Source: a virus
IMG/VR virus record: IMGVR_UViG_3300045988_126262
Direction: 5' to 3' (one strand)
DNA: 64,000 nt
The translations under genes and the position numbers were made by a program. Shown here piece after piece: positions 1 to 8,480 of the stretch (the first letter of the stretch is position 1; the number at the start of each line of letters is the position of its first letter). Below the pieces are notes generated by a model. The model did not search any database, was not told the DNA's origin, and was given only the letters and a program-made list of their open reading frames with translations.

Positions 1-50
1 GCTTACGATGTAATCAAATTCGCCTGTATAAAATAAGCCCCCTTAATAAC

Positions 51-653
51 ATGAACACAACCTGTATTATCCCACGGTCAACAATCGAGAAACGATACGA
101 CAAGGCAAGGGAAGATTTCAACGACCAATACGACAACTCCCCTTACAAATTGAAATGTAAGGAATTTTATCTAGGAGGCGGGGTAGAAAACTACGAGGTC
201 GCCAGCCAGATACTATTGATGAACGATGAAGAAATAGCCAAATCCTACCTCGAAGATTGTGACCCGAAAGACTGGCAGAGCATTCGTCGATACCGGGAAG
301 ACCTCATGTGCGATACCACGGACGTATACAAAACGGCTATTGATATGGTAAAAGCCGATATTCAGAAACTAAAAAACATACAGGACGAGGTAGAAAATTT
401 TCTTGACGACCATATAGGAGAAAACATGGACGGTCACTATCTCGACGGAGATATAAACTATGAAGTAGATTTAATCGACAAAAACGTCGATGTCAGCATT
501 CATTACGACGCATACAATCACAAGGAATGGGACAACGGCGACTATTTAACGCCATCTTCTGGTAGTGGCTACATCGATACGGAATACACGGTAACCGTAT
601 TCGACGAATGCGGGAATGAAGAATTTGAGTTTAACGGTAATTTCCAAATATAA
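51..653 (+). CDS. hypothetical protein (200 aa, acidic)
   Basis: ATG-initiated ORF from the track, co-directional with the downstream gene train. No motif recognised. Confidence 0.55.
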   Translation: MNTTCIIPRSTIEKRYDKAREDFNDQYDNSPYKLKCKEFYLGGGVENYEVASQILLMNDEEIAKSYLEDCDPKDWQSIRRYREDLMCDTTDVYKTAIDMVKADIQKLKNIQDEVENFLDDHIGENMDGHYLDGDINYEVDLIDKNVDVSIHYDAYNHKEWDNGDYLTPSSGSGYIDTEYTVTVFDECGNEEFEFNGNFQI

Positions 654-658
654 CAGTC

Positions 659-835
659 ATGATATTCTACAAGTTATTTACCCTGCTCGCCATACTGCTT
701 ATGCTTTCCTCGATATTCGGGGTAGTCGCTTCGCTCATCAATGCCAACCTTTGGCAACTGGTAATAAGTATATCCCTGTTAGCGCTGTCATCGATGGCTC
801 TTGCCGGGCAACAACAAACCGATAAGAAACTATAA
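659..835 (+). CDS. small membrane protein (58 aa)
   Basis: Hand translation gives MIFYKLFTLLAILLMLSSIFGVVASLINANLWQLVISISLLALSSMALAGQQQTDKKL, with two hydrophobic helices. It is below the 60-aa track cutoff. I prefer it to the overlapping track ORF 616..825. Confidence 0.4.
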   Translation: MIFYKLFTLLAILLMLSSIFGVVASLINANLWQLVISISLLALSSMALAGQQQTDKKL

Positions 836-874
836 CAAAATCACTAACACAATGGAAAAACGATTAAAAGATTA

Positions 875-1159
875 ATGGATATGGGAATAGAAGATACAAT
901 TATCAAGGTAGTGAGAGATGAAAACAATATACTGCTCGGAAAATTGGAAGATGTAATTAACCATGCAATATCCGGTATAAAGAAAGGCTATGGAGATGTG
1001 TTCTTGCCTGATTATGTACCGGTTAGAAAGGCAACAGAATTATTAGGGTGTTCTCATAGAGAATTGTTGAAGCGTTTGAATGCAATTAACGCCAAGCCTG
1101 AAAAAGTCGGCACACGTAACTGTATTACCAGAGATGAACTTTTAAAAATCATGAATTAA
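875..1159 (+). CDS. excisionase/MerR-like HTH DNA-binding protein
   Basis: 94 aa. The C-terminal segment VRKATELLGCSHRELLKRL...TRNCITRDELLKI resembles the HTH_17/excisionase family. Confidence 0.5.
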   Translation: MDMGIEDTIIKVVRDENNILLGKLEDVINHAISGIKKGYGDVFLPDYVPVRKATELLGCSHRELLKRLNAINAKPEKVGTRNCITRDELLKIMN

Positions 1160-1260
1160 ATAAGTAGCTATAATTCCATATAAATCAAGCATATTCACCG
1201 CCCGTCCGGGAGGATATGCGGTGTATAAAAAGAAACATAACCCTTTAAAATAAAACAACA

Positions 1261-2091
1261 ATGGCAACAACGACATTACCACAATTAAAGAGCCTGTTGA
1301 ACGGTGATTCGGTCAAGACAAGATTTAACGAGATATTGGGGAAGAAAGCCCCCGGATTTATCTCCTCGGTCATTTCAGCCGTCAACGGGAACACCATGCT
1401 CCAAACGGCCGAGCCCCAAAGCATACTCAACTCGGCGGTCATAGCCGCCACGCTCGACCTGCCTATCAATAGCAACTTGGGTCTATCGGCCATCGTTCCC
1501 TATTACGACTCCAAGCTGAGGACGACAGTAGCACAATTCCAGCTCATGTACAAGGGGCTGATAGAGCTATGCCTGCGAAGCGGACAATTCTCCTCTCTCA
1601 TAGACGAGGTGGTCTATGAGGGTCAGCTTGTCAAGAAGAATAAATTCACGGGCGAATACATCTTCGACGAGGATTCAAAGACCTCCGACAAGGTCATCGG
1701 CTATATGGCCTATTTCCGGCTTGTGAACGGGTTCGAGAAAACACACTACATGACAGTAGGGGAAGTCGAGGCACATGCCAAGAAGTATTCCCAATCCTAC
1801 AAGAAAGGGTTCGGAGTATGGAAAGACGACTTCGACACGATGGCACGAAAAACGGTTTTAAAACTTCTGCTCGCCAAATATGCCCCCAAATCGATAGAAA
1901 TGCAACGGGCTATCACTTTCGACCAAGCCACGATAAAGGGAGATTTGACACAGCAAGACACCAGTGTGGACGAAGTGGAAATCGAATATGTCGACAACGA
2001 TACGGCGACCGACCGTCTGAGGGAGATGGCCGTCGAAGCAGTCGAGCAACCGGAATCTGAAAATGTCAATGGACAAGGACTGTTTGAGTGA
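1261..2091 (+). CDS. recT: RecT-family single-strand annealing recombinase
   Basis: 276 aa with RecT-like blocks (LDLPINSNLGLSAIVPYY, QFQLMYKGLIELCLRSG, VYEGQ). It overlaps a YqaJ exonuclease gene by 4 nt. Confidence 0.85.
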   Translation: MATTTLPQLKSLLNGDSVKTRFNEILGKKAPGFISSVISAVNGNTMLQTAEPQSILNSAVIAATLDLPINSNLGLSAIVPYYDSKLRTTVAQFQLMYKGLIELCLRSGQFSSLIDEVVYEGQLVKKNKFTGEYIFDEDSKTSDKVIGYMAYFRLVNGFEKTHYMTVGEVEAHAKKYSQSYKKGFGVWKDDFDTMARKTVLKLLLAKYAPKSIEMQRAITFDQATIKGDLTQQDTSVDEVEIEYVDNDTATDRLREMAVEAVEQPESENVNGQGLFE

Positions 2092-2762
2092 TGGAAGCGC
2101 AAAGGACTCTTGAATGGTACAGGAAACGCCTCGGCTGTTTCACGGGCAGCCGCATAGGCGACCTGATGAAAGCGAACCGAAGCGGCAACGGGTTCGGGGA
2201 ATGCGCCATGAGCTACATCTACCAAGTGGCCGGAGAGCGCATGCTCAACCCCCTGCTGTTCGAGGACGACGAGGTTTTCGAAAGTTACCTCTATCAAACC
2301 GACATATCCTCGAAACAGATGCGATGGGGAGCAGAGCAGGAACCCGATGCCCGGCGCATATACGAACTTAAAACAGGTCGCCGTGTCGTCGAGGTAGGAC
2401 TATGCAAACACCCCACCATCGCCCATTTCGCAGCCAGCCCCGACGGATATTATTACGATGAGAATAAGCGGGAGAAAGGGGTAATCGAGATAAAAAGCGT
2501 GGGAACGGCCACATACGCCAAATACTTCCACAAGATAAAGGACAACGATACCCTCCTGTCCACGGAGCCTAAGTACTATTACCAAATCATGTCCGAACTC
2601 ATGTGCGTTGAAGCCGATTGGTGCGATTTCATCGTATATAACCCGTTCGAGAAGCCCTCCATGTTTATCAGAAGGATATATCCAGATGATAACACCTTCA
2701 AGAAGATAGCCGAAAGGATATACGAAGCCGATGAATTAGTCAATGAAATAATCAATTCATGA
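2088..2762 (+). CDS. YqaJ-like (lambda Exo-type) recombination exonuclease
   Basis: 224 aa. The N-terminus TLEWYRKRLGCFTGSRIGDLM is typical of YqaJ, and there is a PD-(D/E)xK-like GVIEIKS. Translationally coupled to recT. Confidence 0.85.
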   Translation: MMEAQRTLEWYRKRLGCFTGSRIGDLMKANRSGNGFGECAMSYIYQVAGERMLNPLLFEDDEVFESYLYQTDISSKQMRWGAEQEPDARRIYELKTGRRVVEVGLCKHPTIAHFAASPDGYYYDENKREKGVIEIKSVGTATYAKYFHKIKDNDTLLSTEPKYYYQIMSELMCVEADWCDFIVYNPFEKPSMFIRRIYPDDNTFKKIAERIYEADELVNEIINS

Positions 2763-2911
2763 AAGACTATGAAATACAGTCAATCGTCAGCCTGCTGGAA
2801 AGAGCGGCAAAAGCGTTGGAAAAGTCAGACGACTACCGGCATAAAGAGCTGGCAAGATTGATGAGAAATAAAGTCAGACAATTAAATAAGAAATACAATG
2901 GACAAAAATGA
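2759..2911 (+). CDS. small hypothetical protein (50 aa)
   Basis: Hand-translated MKDYEIQSIVSLLERAAKALEKSDDYRHKELARLMRNKVRQLNKKYNGQK. ATGA overlap with the exonuclease stop codon. Below the track cutoff. Confidence 0.35.
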   Translation: MKDYEIQSIVSLLERAAKALEKSDDYRHKELARLMRNKVRQLNKKYNGQK

Positions 2912-3296
2912 GATCTTAAATAGCGACTGTGATGTCCGCAAGAATGCGGCAGGGAATCCCAACATTCCCGCCGATGTACTCACAGAACTGGCAAAGGACA
3001 GCGACTGTATTGTCCGCCGTTATGCGGCAGGGAACCCCAACATGCCCGATTACGAAGCGGAAGAACTTCAATTTACGGTAAAAGATACCTATGTGTCAGT
3101 ACAAGGTACTACTCATATCTGGTATAAACACAACTATCCCAATGTTGCTCCATTTTATACATGTGGCTGTTTTTGTGGCTCACGAGAGCAATTGTTAATG
3201 AGAATTTACACTACTGATAATCAAGGTAGAGCGGCTGAGCGAATGAGAATATTGAATGCCCTCGACGAGAAGTTCAAAGAAGTTTTTAACCGATAA
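2898..3296 (+). CDS. hypothetical protein with two leucine-rich-repeat-variant-like repeats
   Basis: 132 aa. Tandem repeat NAAGNPNIPADVL / YAAGNPNMPDYEA at the N-terminus. Confidence 0.6.
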   Translation: MDKNEILNSDCDVRKNAAGNPNIPADVLTELAKDSDCIVRRYAAGNPNMPDYEAEELQFTVKDTYVSVQGTTHIWYKHNYPNVAPFYTCGCFCGSREQLLMRIYTTDNQGRAAERMRILNALDEKFKEVFNR

Positions 3297-3307
3297 GAAT
3301 AAAAGCG

Positions 3308-3850
3308 ATGAAGACTAGACATAATTTCAACAAAGACCTAAGAATGGACTTGGCATGCAGTAGAAACGACTATTTCAGACCTGTATTTTCATATATCCAT
3401 TTTAAAGATGGTTACGCTTATGCATGCGATACACATATCTTGGTAAAAAACAAGTTATCCGAATGTTCCACATTCACCGATGAAGAAATAGAAAAGCTCG
3501 ATGGTAAGTTTATAGGCTCAAAAGCCTACAAGTCTATCCTCTCTTACGATATGGTACAAGTTACGGACATGGGGTTTGAATGTATATTGTGTGACAATCA
3601 AAAAGTTATATACCCATTCTCCGAAGTCTATAAATACCCTGAAATGGAGAATGTAATTTCAGAACATCTAAAAGAGAGCACAGAAGGAATCACAAAGTTA
3701 CGGATAGATCCTTCGTTCCTCTCCAAGATTGGAAAAGCTCTATTCAATTTTGATGACGCATATATGCAGCTTTCGGAAGGCAATAAATCTTTGCTCGTTA
3801 AAAGCGACGACAGCGATAGTATCGGAATCATTATGCTAAAATTAATATAG
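3308..3850 (+). CDS. hypothetical protein (180 aa)
   Basis: Track ORF with ATG start, in the gene train. No motif recognised. Confidence 0.6.
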   Translation: MKTRHNFNKDLRMDLACSRNDYFRPVFSYIHFKDGYAYACDTHILVKNKLSECSTFTDEEIEKLDGKFIGSKAYKSILSYDMVQVTDMGFECILCDNQKVIYPFSEVYKYPEMENVISEHLKESTEGITKLRIDPSFLSKIGKALFNFDDAYMQLSEGNKSLLVKSDDSDSIGIIMLKLI

Positions 3851-3867
3851 ATTAAATACGAATCATT

Positions 3868-4266
3868 ATGTTTTACGAAATTAAACTGAAAGTCGATAAA
3901 GAGAACGGCAAAGGAGAGAAGAAAGAAGTCGTCGAACACTTCATCACCGATGTAGAACTGTTCGCCGAGGCCGAGGCAAAAGGATTAGAGCAGTACAACG
4001 GAGATTGCGATGTATTCTCTATCACCCGCTCGAAAGTCATCGAGATAGTCAACGAAAAGGAAGAAGGCAAGCCCTTCTACAAAGCCACGTTGATAGACAT
4101 ATTCATCGATGACAACGGCAATGAAAAGGAAACGAAGTACTACAACCTCGTTTGCGCCAAAGACATCACCGAAGCCAACCGCCTCATGCAAGAACACATG
4201 AGACAAGGCCTTAAAGACATGAGGTTGGACGGAATTGTGAAAACCAAAATCATAGACCTGATATAG
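3868..4266 (+). CDS. hypothetical protein (132 aa)
   Basis: Track ORF with ATG start, charged and lysine/glutamate rich. No motif recognised. Confidence 0.6.
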   Translation: MFYEIKLKVDKENGKGEKKEVVEHFITDVELFAEAEAKGLEQYNGDCDVFSITRSKVIEIVNEKEEGKPFYKATLIDIFIDDNGNEKETKYYNLVCAKDITEANRLMQEHMRQGLKDMRLDGIVKTKIIDLI

Positions 4267-4373
4267 GAGAATAATGTGAGACATTCCCCGCAAGCCGATC
4301 CGGGTACGTGGTCGATCACCATACGGAGAAAGGAACTGCGGGGAGAAATTAGCCATAAGTGTTTTAGGTGGTA

Positions 4374-4458
4374 TCGGCAGTGGTTCAAACGGGAGAGCGG
4401 TATAAGTCGAGTATAAGGAGCGAATATACAGTTGCGGGTTCGAGTCCCGCCTGCCGAA
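4374..4458 (+). tRNA. tRNA-like gene (85 nt) with an aberrant anticodon region; isotype undetermined, possibly a pseudo-tRNA
   Basis: Perfect 7-bp acceptor stem TCGGCAG/CTGCCGA. D arm GTTC-AAACGGGA-GAGC. Canonical T arm GCGGG-TTCGAGT-CCCGC. The central part holds a duplicated GTATAAG and gives no standard 5-7-5 anticodon arm. GTATA/TATAC can pair around a 20-nt or a 9-nt loop. Confidence 0.5.
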
Positions 4459-4481
4459 CAAAAAGAGAAAGATACAATATA

Positions 4482-5045
4482 ATGGAAGAACAGGCCACAT
4501 ACAACAGAGAACACAAATACGATGTATTGATAGGGATAGACCCCGACGTTGAGCGCAGCGGCTACTCCGTATTGGACACAAGGAAAATGAAAATGGAGAT
4601 GAGTGTTTGCCCATTCCCCTTGTTGGTAGAGGGCATAAAAAAACTTCATGAGCACTGCAAGAAAAACGATGAACGAGTGGCGGTATATGTCGAGGCAGGT
4701 TGGAAAAACAAATCCAACTGGCATTTGTCACCGAAGGACACACGGGCGAGCGCAGCCAAGAAAGGCGAGCATGTAGGTCGCAACCAAGAGACCGGTCGCA
4801 AGATAGTCGAAATGCTGAGTCATTACGGAATACAAGTCATGGAGCAATCCCCATTGCGCAAGTGCTGGCAAGGGAAAGACGGCAAGATCACCCATGAAGA
4901 ATTGAAGCGGTTGTGCCAGATGAGCGGGATAGAGTTTAACAGACCCCGCAGCAACCAAGAAGAAAGGGACTCTGCCCTGCTCGCCATCACCTGCTCCGGA
5001 TTGCCCATTAAATACAAGGTTGTCGAATCTGAAATAAACAAATGA
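4482..5045 (+). CDS. RuvC-fold Holliday junction resolvase-like protein
   Basis: 187 aa counted from the internal ATG, which lies downstream of the tRNA-like element. VLIGIDPDVERSGYSVLD matches the RuvC first catalytic motif (GIDPG..G), and a later VYVEAGW supplies the acidic residue. The track start at 4368 is a GTG inside the tRNA-like gene. Confidence 0.65.
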   Translation: MEEQATYNREHKYDVLIGIDPDVERSGYSVLDTRKMKMEMSVCPFPLLVEGIKKLHEHCKKNDERVAVYVEAGWKNKSNWHLSPKDTRASAAKKGEHVGRNQETGRKIVEMLSHYGIQVMEQSPLRKCWQGKDGKITHEELKRLCQMSGIEFNRPRSNQEERDSALLAITCSGLPIKYKVVESEINK

Positions 5046-5074
5046 TATGACAGCAGAAGAATTTATAAACTCTA

Positions 5075-5123
5075 CCGTTTTCCGGCAACAAAGGCGTAAA
5101 AAATATTCCGTTTTCCGGCAACA
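5075..5123. repeat. two copies of the 16-bp direct repeat CCGTTTTCCGGCAACA
   Basis: Exact copies at 5075-5090 and 5108-5123 in the short gap between the resolvase gene and ORF 5163. A 39-aa ORF (5047..5166) also spans them. Confidence 0.7.
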
Positions 5124-5162
5124 TTTTATATTAAAATATTCCACACAACTAAAATTAAAGCT

Positions 5163-5729
5163 ATGAAGTACAAAGTTGGCGACAAAGTTCAAATTAAAAG
5201 CGAAGAATGGATTTATAACAATGTTGGAATACCACATGTTTTAGCATATTTGTTGGAATATGCTGGCAAATATGCTAAAATAACTCGTGTATCTAAATCA
5301 GATAATCCAAAATATAGAATAGATATAGACTATGGAGAATTTGAGTGGTTTGATCTTCTTTTTGAAGAAAATACTATTGCAGAAACACCTACATTGCAAG
5401 ACATTTCCAAAACAATACGAGAACAAAATCTTGGCGTATCGGTGAAAGAAGAGGAAGGAAAGCTCATCATCGAGCCGCTTAAAGTGGAACATGACCTACC
5501 TGTTGATACCCCGGTGATGGTAAAAATGCCAAACGACGAATGGAAACTTGCTTATTATGCAGGAGAACTTAAAACACAATCAGGGGAAATTCTTAAATCA
5601 ACATGGGTAAGAGGATATAAAAGCGGACAAGGATTTGGTTCCATAAGCCAAACGCACATCATTCCTTTCGACAAGTTCGACCCGAACAACATCGAGGAAA
5701 GTCTTAAACATAACATTGTGAAGCCATGA
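5163..5729 (+). CDS. hypothetical protein (188 aa)
   Basis: Track ORF with ATG start. No motif recognised. Confidence 0.6.
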   Translation: MKYKVGDKVQIKSEEWIYNNVGIPHVLAYLLEYAGKYAKITRVSKSDNPKYRIDIDYGEFEWFDLLFEENTIAETPTLQDISKTIREQNLGVSVKEEEGKLIIEPLKVEHDLPVDTPVMVKMPNDEWKLAYYAGELKTQSGEILKSTWVRGYKSGQGFGSISQTHIIPFDKFDPNNIEESLKHNIVKP

Positions 5730-5935
5730 TTATAGCCAAGCAAGTTATATCCTCCATTATCGAGGAAAAGAAAAAGAATAACAAGGAGCCCTCCATAGCG
5801 AGCTTTACCGAGATACAGTCGGTGGTTATCCAGTCGCTTAAATCCGAGATAAACGAGTTATGCAAAACCGGTGAGATTGACAAGCACAAGACCCTGAACG
5901 GGTGGGCATTCACTATCAATATTGAGAATAAATGA
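5726..5935 (+). CDS. hypothetical small protein (69 aa)
   Basis: ATGA overlaps at both ends indicate translational coupling. Confidence 0.55.
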   Translation: MIIAKQVISSIIEEKKKNNKEPSIASFTEIQSVVIQSLKSEINELCKTGEIDKHKTLNGWAFTINIENK

Positions 5936-6723
5936 AAGACAGCTTTTTGATTTATAAATCATTTTACAAACCCATATCGAGATTATCGGACAAACAACTG
6001 GGCAGGCTGTTTCGAGCAATATTCAAATATCAACTTGGCGAGGAGGTTACGGTAGAGGAGGACATTGAAATGGCATTTGAGTTTTTCAAGAATCAATTCG
6101 AGATAGATGAACTCAAATATCAGGGCATTGTCGAGAGAAACCGGAACAACGGGCGTAAAGGAGGTAATGACAAAAACTCTGAAACGGTTAAATCAAAGTC
6201 CAGTGGGAGCCAAACGATCCACTCGACCCCAAATAACCCAGTGGGAGCCAAACGAGCCAGTGGGGGCTTAAATGATAATGATAATGAAAATGATAATGAT
6301 TTAAAAGAAACTTCTCTATCGAGAAGCAAAGAAAAAGAAGAAGATTTTGGCAAAGACGTTGACAAGCCACTGACAGAACTGCGTGAAGAACTACTCTCAA
6401 ATCAAACGTGGATAGAAACGCTATCGATGAACAACCACATTGACGAGAACGAATCGAGGTTATATATCGAGGCATATATCCGTAAACTTCAAAACGAGGG
6501 TATTTCAAGAAAAAGCGTCAGCGATGCACAACAACACTTTGCCCGCTGGTTAAGAATCGAACTAAAACGAGCACGAGATGAGCAATCCGGAATCCATCAA
6601 AAACCTAATTCCAAGACCAAACAGGAGCGATATGCAGAGTTTGCAGAAGCCATCGCCACCAAGCTGGCAGCGGGAGATACTGGCAACCTACAAGACGGGG
6701 GAGAATCTGCTCTGCCTTTTTAG
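5932..6723 (+). CDS. putative replication-organiser-like protein
   Basis: 263 aa. The N-terminus FLIYKSFYKPISRLSDKQLGRLFRAIFKY resembles phage replication/DnaD-type organisers. The family assignment is not verified. A low-complexity linker holds the nucleotide repeats listed separately. Confidence 0.5.
   Translation: MKDSFLIYKSFYKPISRLSDKQLGRLFRAIFKYQLGEEVTVEEDIEMAFEFFKNQFEIDELKYQGIVERNRNNGRKGGNDKNSETVKSKSSGSQTIHSTPNNPVGAKRASGGLNDNDNENDNDLKETSLSRSKEKEEDFGKDVDKPLTELREELLSNQTWIETLSMNNHIDENESRLYIEAYIRKLQNEGISRKSVSDAQQHFARWLRIELKRARDEQSGIHQKPNSKTKQERYAEFAEAIATKLAAGDTGNLQDGGESALPF
6200..6310. repeat. iteron-like 18-bp direct repeats followed by a (GATAAT)n AT-rich stretch; candidate origin
   Basis: CCAGTGGGAGCCAAACGA occurs at 6200-6217 and 6238-6255, with a partial third copy CCAGTGGG at 6257-6264. 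The stretch aatgataatgataatgaaaatgataatgattt follows at 6268-6310. Confidence 0.45.
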
Positions 6724-7228
6724 CCCAGACAATCAAAGCCGCTATTGCCAGAGCCTCGAACGCTGCTTTATCGGCAAGGCTCCGAGCATAGCCCGTGTAT
6801 CGAGGACATTCGGCAGTCACATCGCCGAGTCGTGGCTGGAAATACAGCTTCTCGACCTCGCCGAATTTTCGGGAGTCCGCAAGGACGGAATGACGGAAAA
6901 GGAGTATGAGGAGATAGCCCGTATCATCATCTCCGGCTATGGCGATTTCAAGCTCACCGAGTTCATGGTATTCTTTCAGCGGTTCAAGCAAGGGCTTTAC
7001 GGGACGTTCTACGGAGTTTTCGACCCTATGGTGATAACAAGGTCTCTTCGAGAGTTCAGAGCCGACAGAGAGAAACTATTGCGGTTCTATGAGGACAAGA
7101 AAAGGCAGGAGGAAAAGGAACGGGAATGGGAACGAAGCAGAACCACCAGCCTCACCTTCGAGGAATGGGAAGAGCTCAAATGGCTGTTTAACATGGGATA
7201 TGAAATGAATGATTTGAAGCAAAATTAA
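6632..7228 (+). CDS. hypothetical protein, replication-module associated; start uncertain
   Basis: The track ORF 6578..7228 lies in the +1 frame and overlaps the previous gene. ATG candidates are at 6578 and 6632, and there is no ATG just after 6723. Confidence 0.5.
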   Translation: MQSLQKPSPPSWQREILATYKTGENLLCLFSPDNQSRYCQSLERCFIGKAPSIARVSRTFGSHIAESWLEIQLLDLAEFSGVRKDGMTEKEYEEIARIIISGYGDFKLTEFMVFFQRFKQGLYGTFYGVFDPMVITRSLREFRADREKLLRFYEDKKRQEEKEREWERSRTTSLTFEEWEELKWLFNMGYEMNDLKQN

Positions 7229-7243
7229 GAAAGGAGAAATGAC

Positions 7244-7546
7244 ATGGAAATAACATTGATAGCGGGATTAGCCATTCTTTTTATTACGCTTGTAATATTT
7301 ATTTATCTTGACATAAGGAATGACCGAGTATATGTTTTCTCGAAGCATATTATCAACTGTTCCCATGAAGAAGTTCAGCGAGTTATCTATGAAGACATAG
7401 ACAGAGCTAAGCAACTATATAGCCGATTAGACGAGCTATACAATAGGAATAGCTACGACGAAATGCTTTACAGCATAAGGCCTCTCAAAGTCAAATATTG
7501 GTTCACCGAGGAGGAAATAAAAACTTTTAATCTCAGTGACTTATGA
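7244..7546 (+). CDS. small membrane-anchored protein (100 aa)
   Basis: N-terminal hydrophobic helix ITLIAGLAILFITLVIFIYL. GAAAGGAGA lies upstream of the ATG. Confidence 0.6.
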   Translation: MEITLIAGLAILFITLVIFIYLDIRNDRVYVFSKHIINCSHEEVQRVIYEDIDRAKQLYSRLDELYNRNSYDEMLYSIRPLKVKYWFTEEEIKTFNLSDL

Positions 7547-7669
7547 GGATAGGGTTGTTAGATGTAGATCATACAGTAATTAGGCTACGGGTAAGACTAT
7601 TCGAGACTGCCGTGTACTGTCCAAATTATTAAAACAAATTGAGAATTACAGCAAAAAGGAAAGTTAAGT

Positions 7670-8425
7670 ATGAAAGACATAGAGCTTTACAACGACTCAT
7701 TCCAGAATTATAAAGTCTATGGTCTGCCAAAAGCGCAGCTGATTATAGCAGATGTGCCGTATAATTTGGCGAATAACGCCTACGCCAGCAACCCCGCATG
7801 GTATATCGACGGAGACAACAAGAACGGCGAGAGCGCATTGGCAGGCAAACAATTCTTCTCGTCCGACAGCGAGTTTCGTCCGGCCGAGTTCATGCACTTC
7901 TGTTCAAAAATGCTCGTGAAAGAGCCGAAAGAAGCTGGCAAATCCCCCTGCATGATACTGTTTTGCGAGTACGAACAGCAATTCAAATTCATAGAGTTAG
8001 GACGCAAATACGGGTTAAATCACTACATACCGCTGGTTTTCCGCAAGGACTTCTCTGCGCAAGTGTTGAAAGCAAACATGAAGGTCGTCGGCAACTGCGA
8101 ATACGGCCTTATCCTTTATCGGGACAAGTTGCCCAAATTCAACAACAACGGGAGAATGATTTTCAACTGCTTCGACTGGGTGAGGGACAACACCACGCCC
8201 AAATGCCACCCTTGCCAGAAACCTGTCCCGCTCCTCAAACGGTTGATAGAGATATTCACGGACAAGGGCGATGTTGTCATCGACCCGTGCGCAGGAAGCG
8301 GCACAACCCTGTATGCGGCGGCCTCATTGGGAAGAAAGGCATATGGTTTCGAGGTCAACAAACAGTTCTATAACGACGCAAATGAAAAGGTCTTGAAAAG
8401 AATACAAGTCAGTTTATTTCAATAA
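7670..8425 (+). CDS. DNA methyltransferase, beta-class (N6-adenine or N4-cytosine)
   Basis: 251 aa. Motif IV-like IIADVPYN lies near the N-terminus and motif I VIDPCAGSGTT near the C-terminus, which is the beta-class motif order. Confidence 0.8.
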   Translation: MKDIELYNDSFQNYKVYGLPKAQLIIADVPYNLANNAYASNPAWYIDGDNKNGESALAGKQFFSSDSEFRPAEFMHFCSKMLVKEPKEAGKSPCMILFCEYEQQFKFIELGRKYGLNHYIPLVFRKDFSAQVLKANMKVVGNCEYGLILYRDKLPKFNNNGRMIFNCFDWVRDNTTPKCHPCQKPVPLLKRLIEIFTDKGDVVIDPCAGSGTTLYAAASLGRKAYGFEVNKQFYNDANEKVLKRIQVSLFQ

Positions 8426-8480
8426 ATTATAAAAAGAATACGAATATGGGAGAAACCGAACTTATGAAAGGAGGAGAGCA

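Noticed and set aside
4374-4458. The tRNA-like element was considered as an attP site, meaning the 3' tRNA fragment that integrating phages carry.
   Set aside because: Both halves of the acceptor stem are present, so it is a complete unit rather than a 3' fragment. No integrase is present anywhere in the window.
1245-4743. The - strand ORFs 1245..1493, 1797..2297, 3628..3939, 3985..4743 and 4140..4724.
   Set aside because: They are antisense to the RecT, exonuclease and neighbouring genes, or span the tRNA-like element. No start context or motif supports them.
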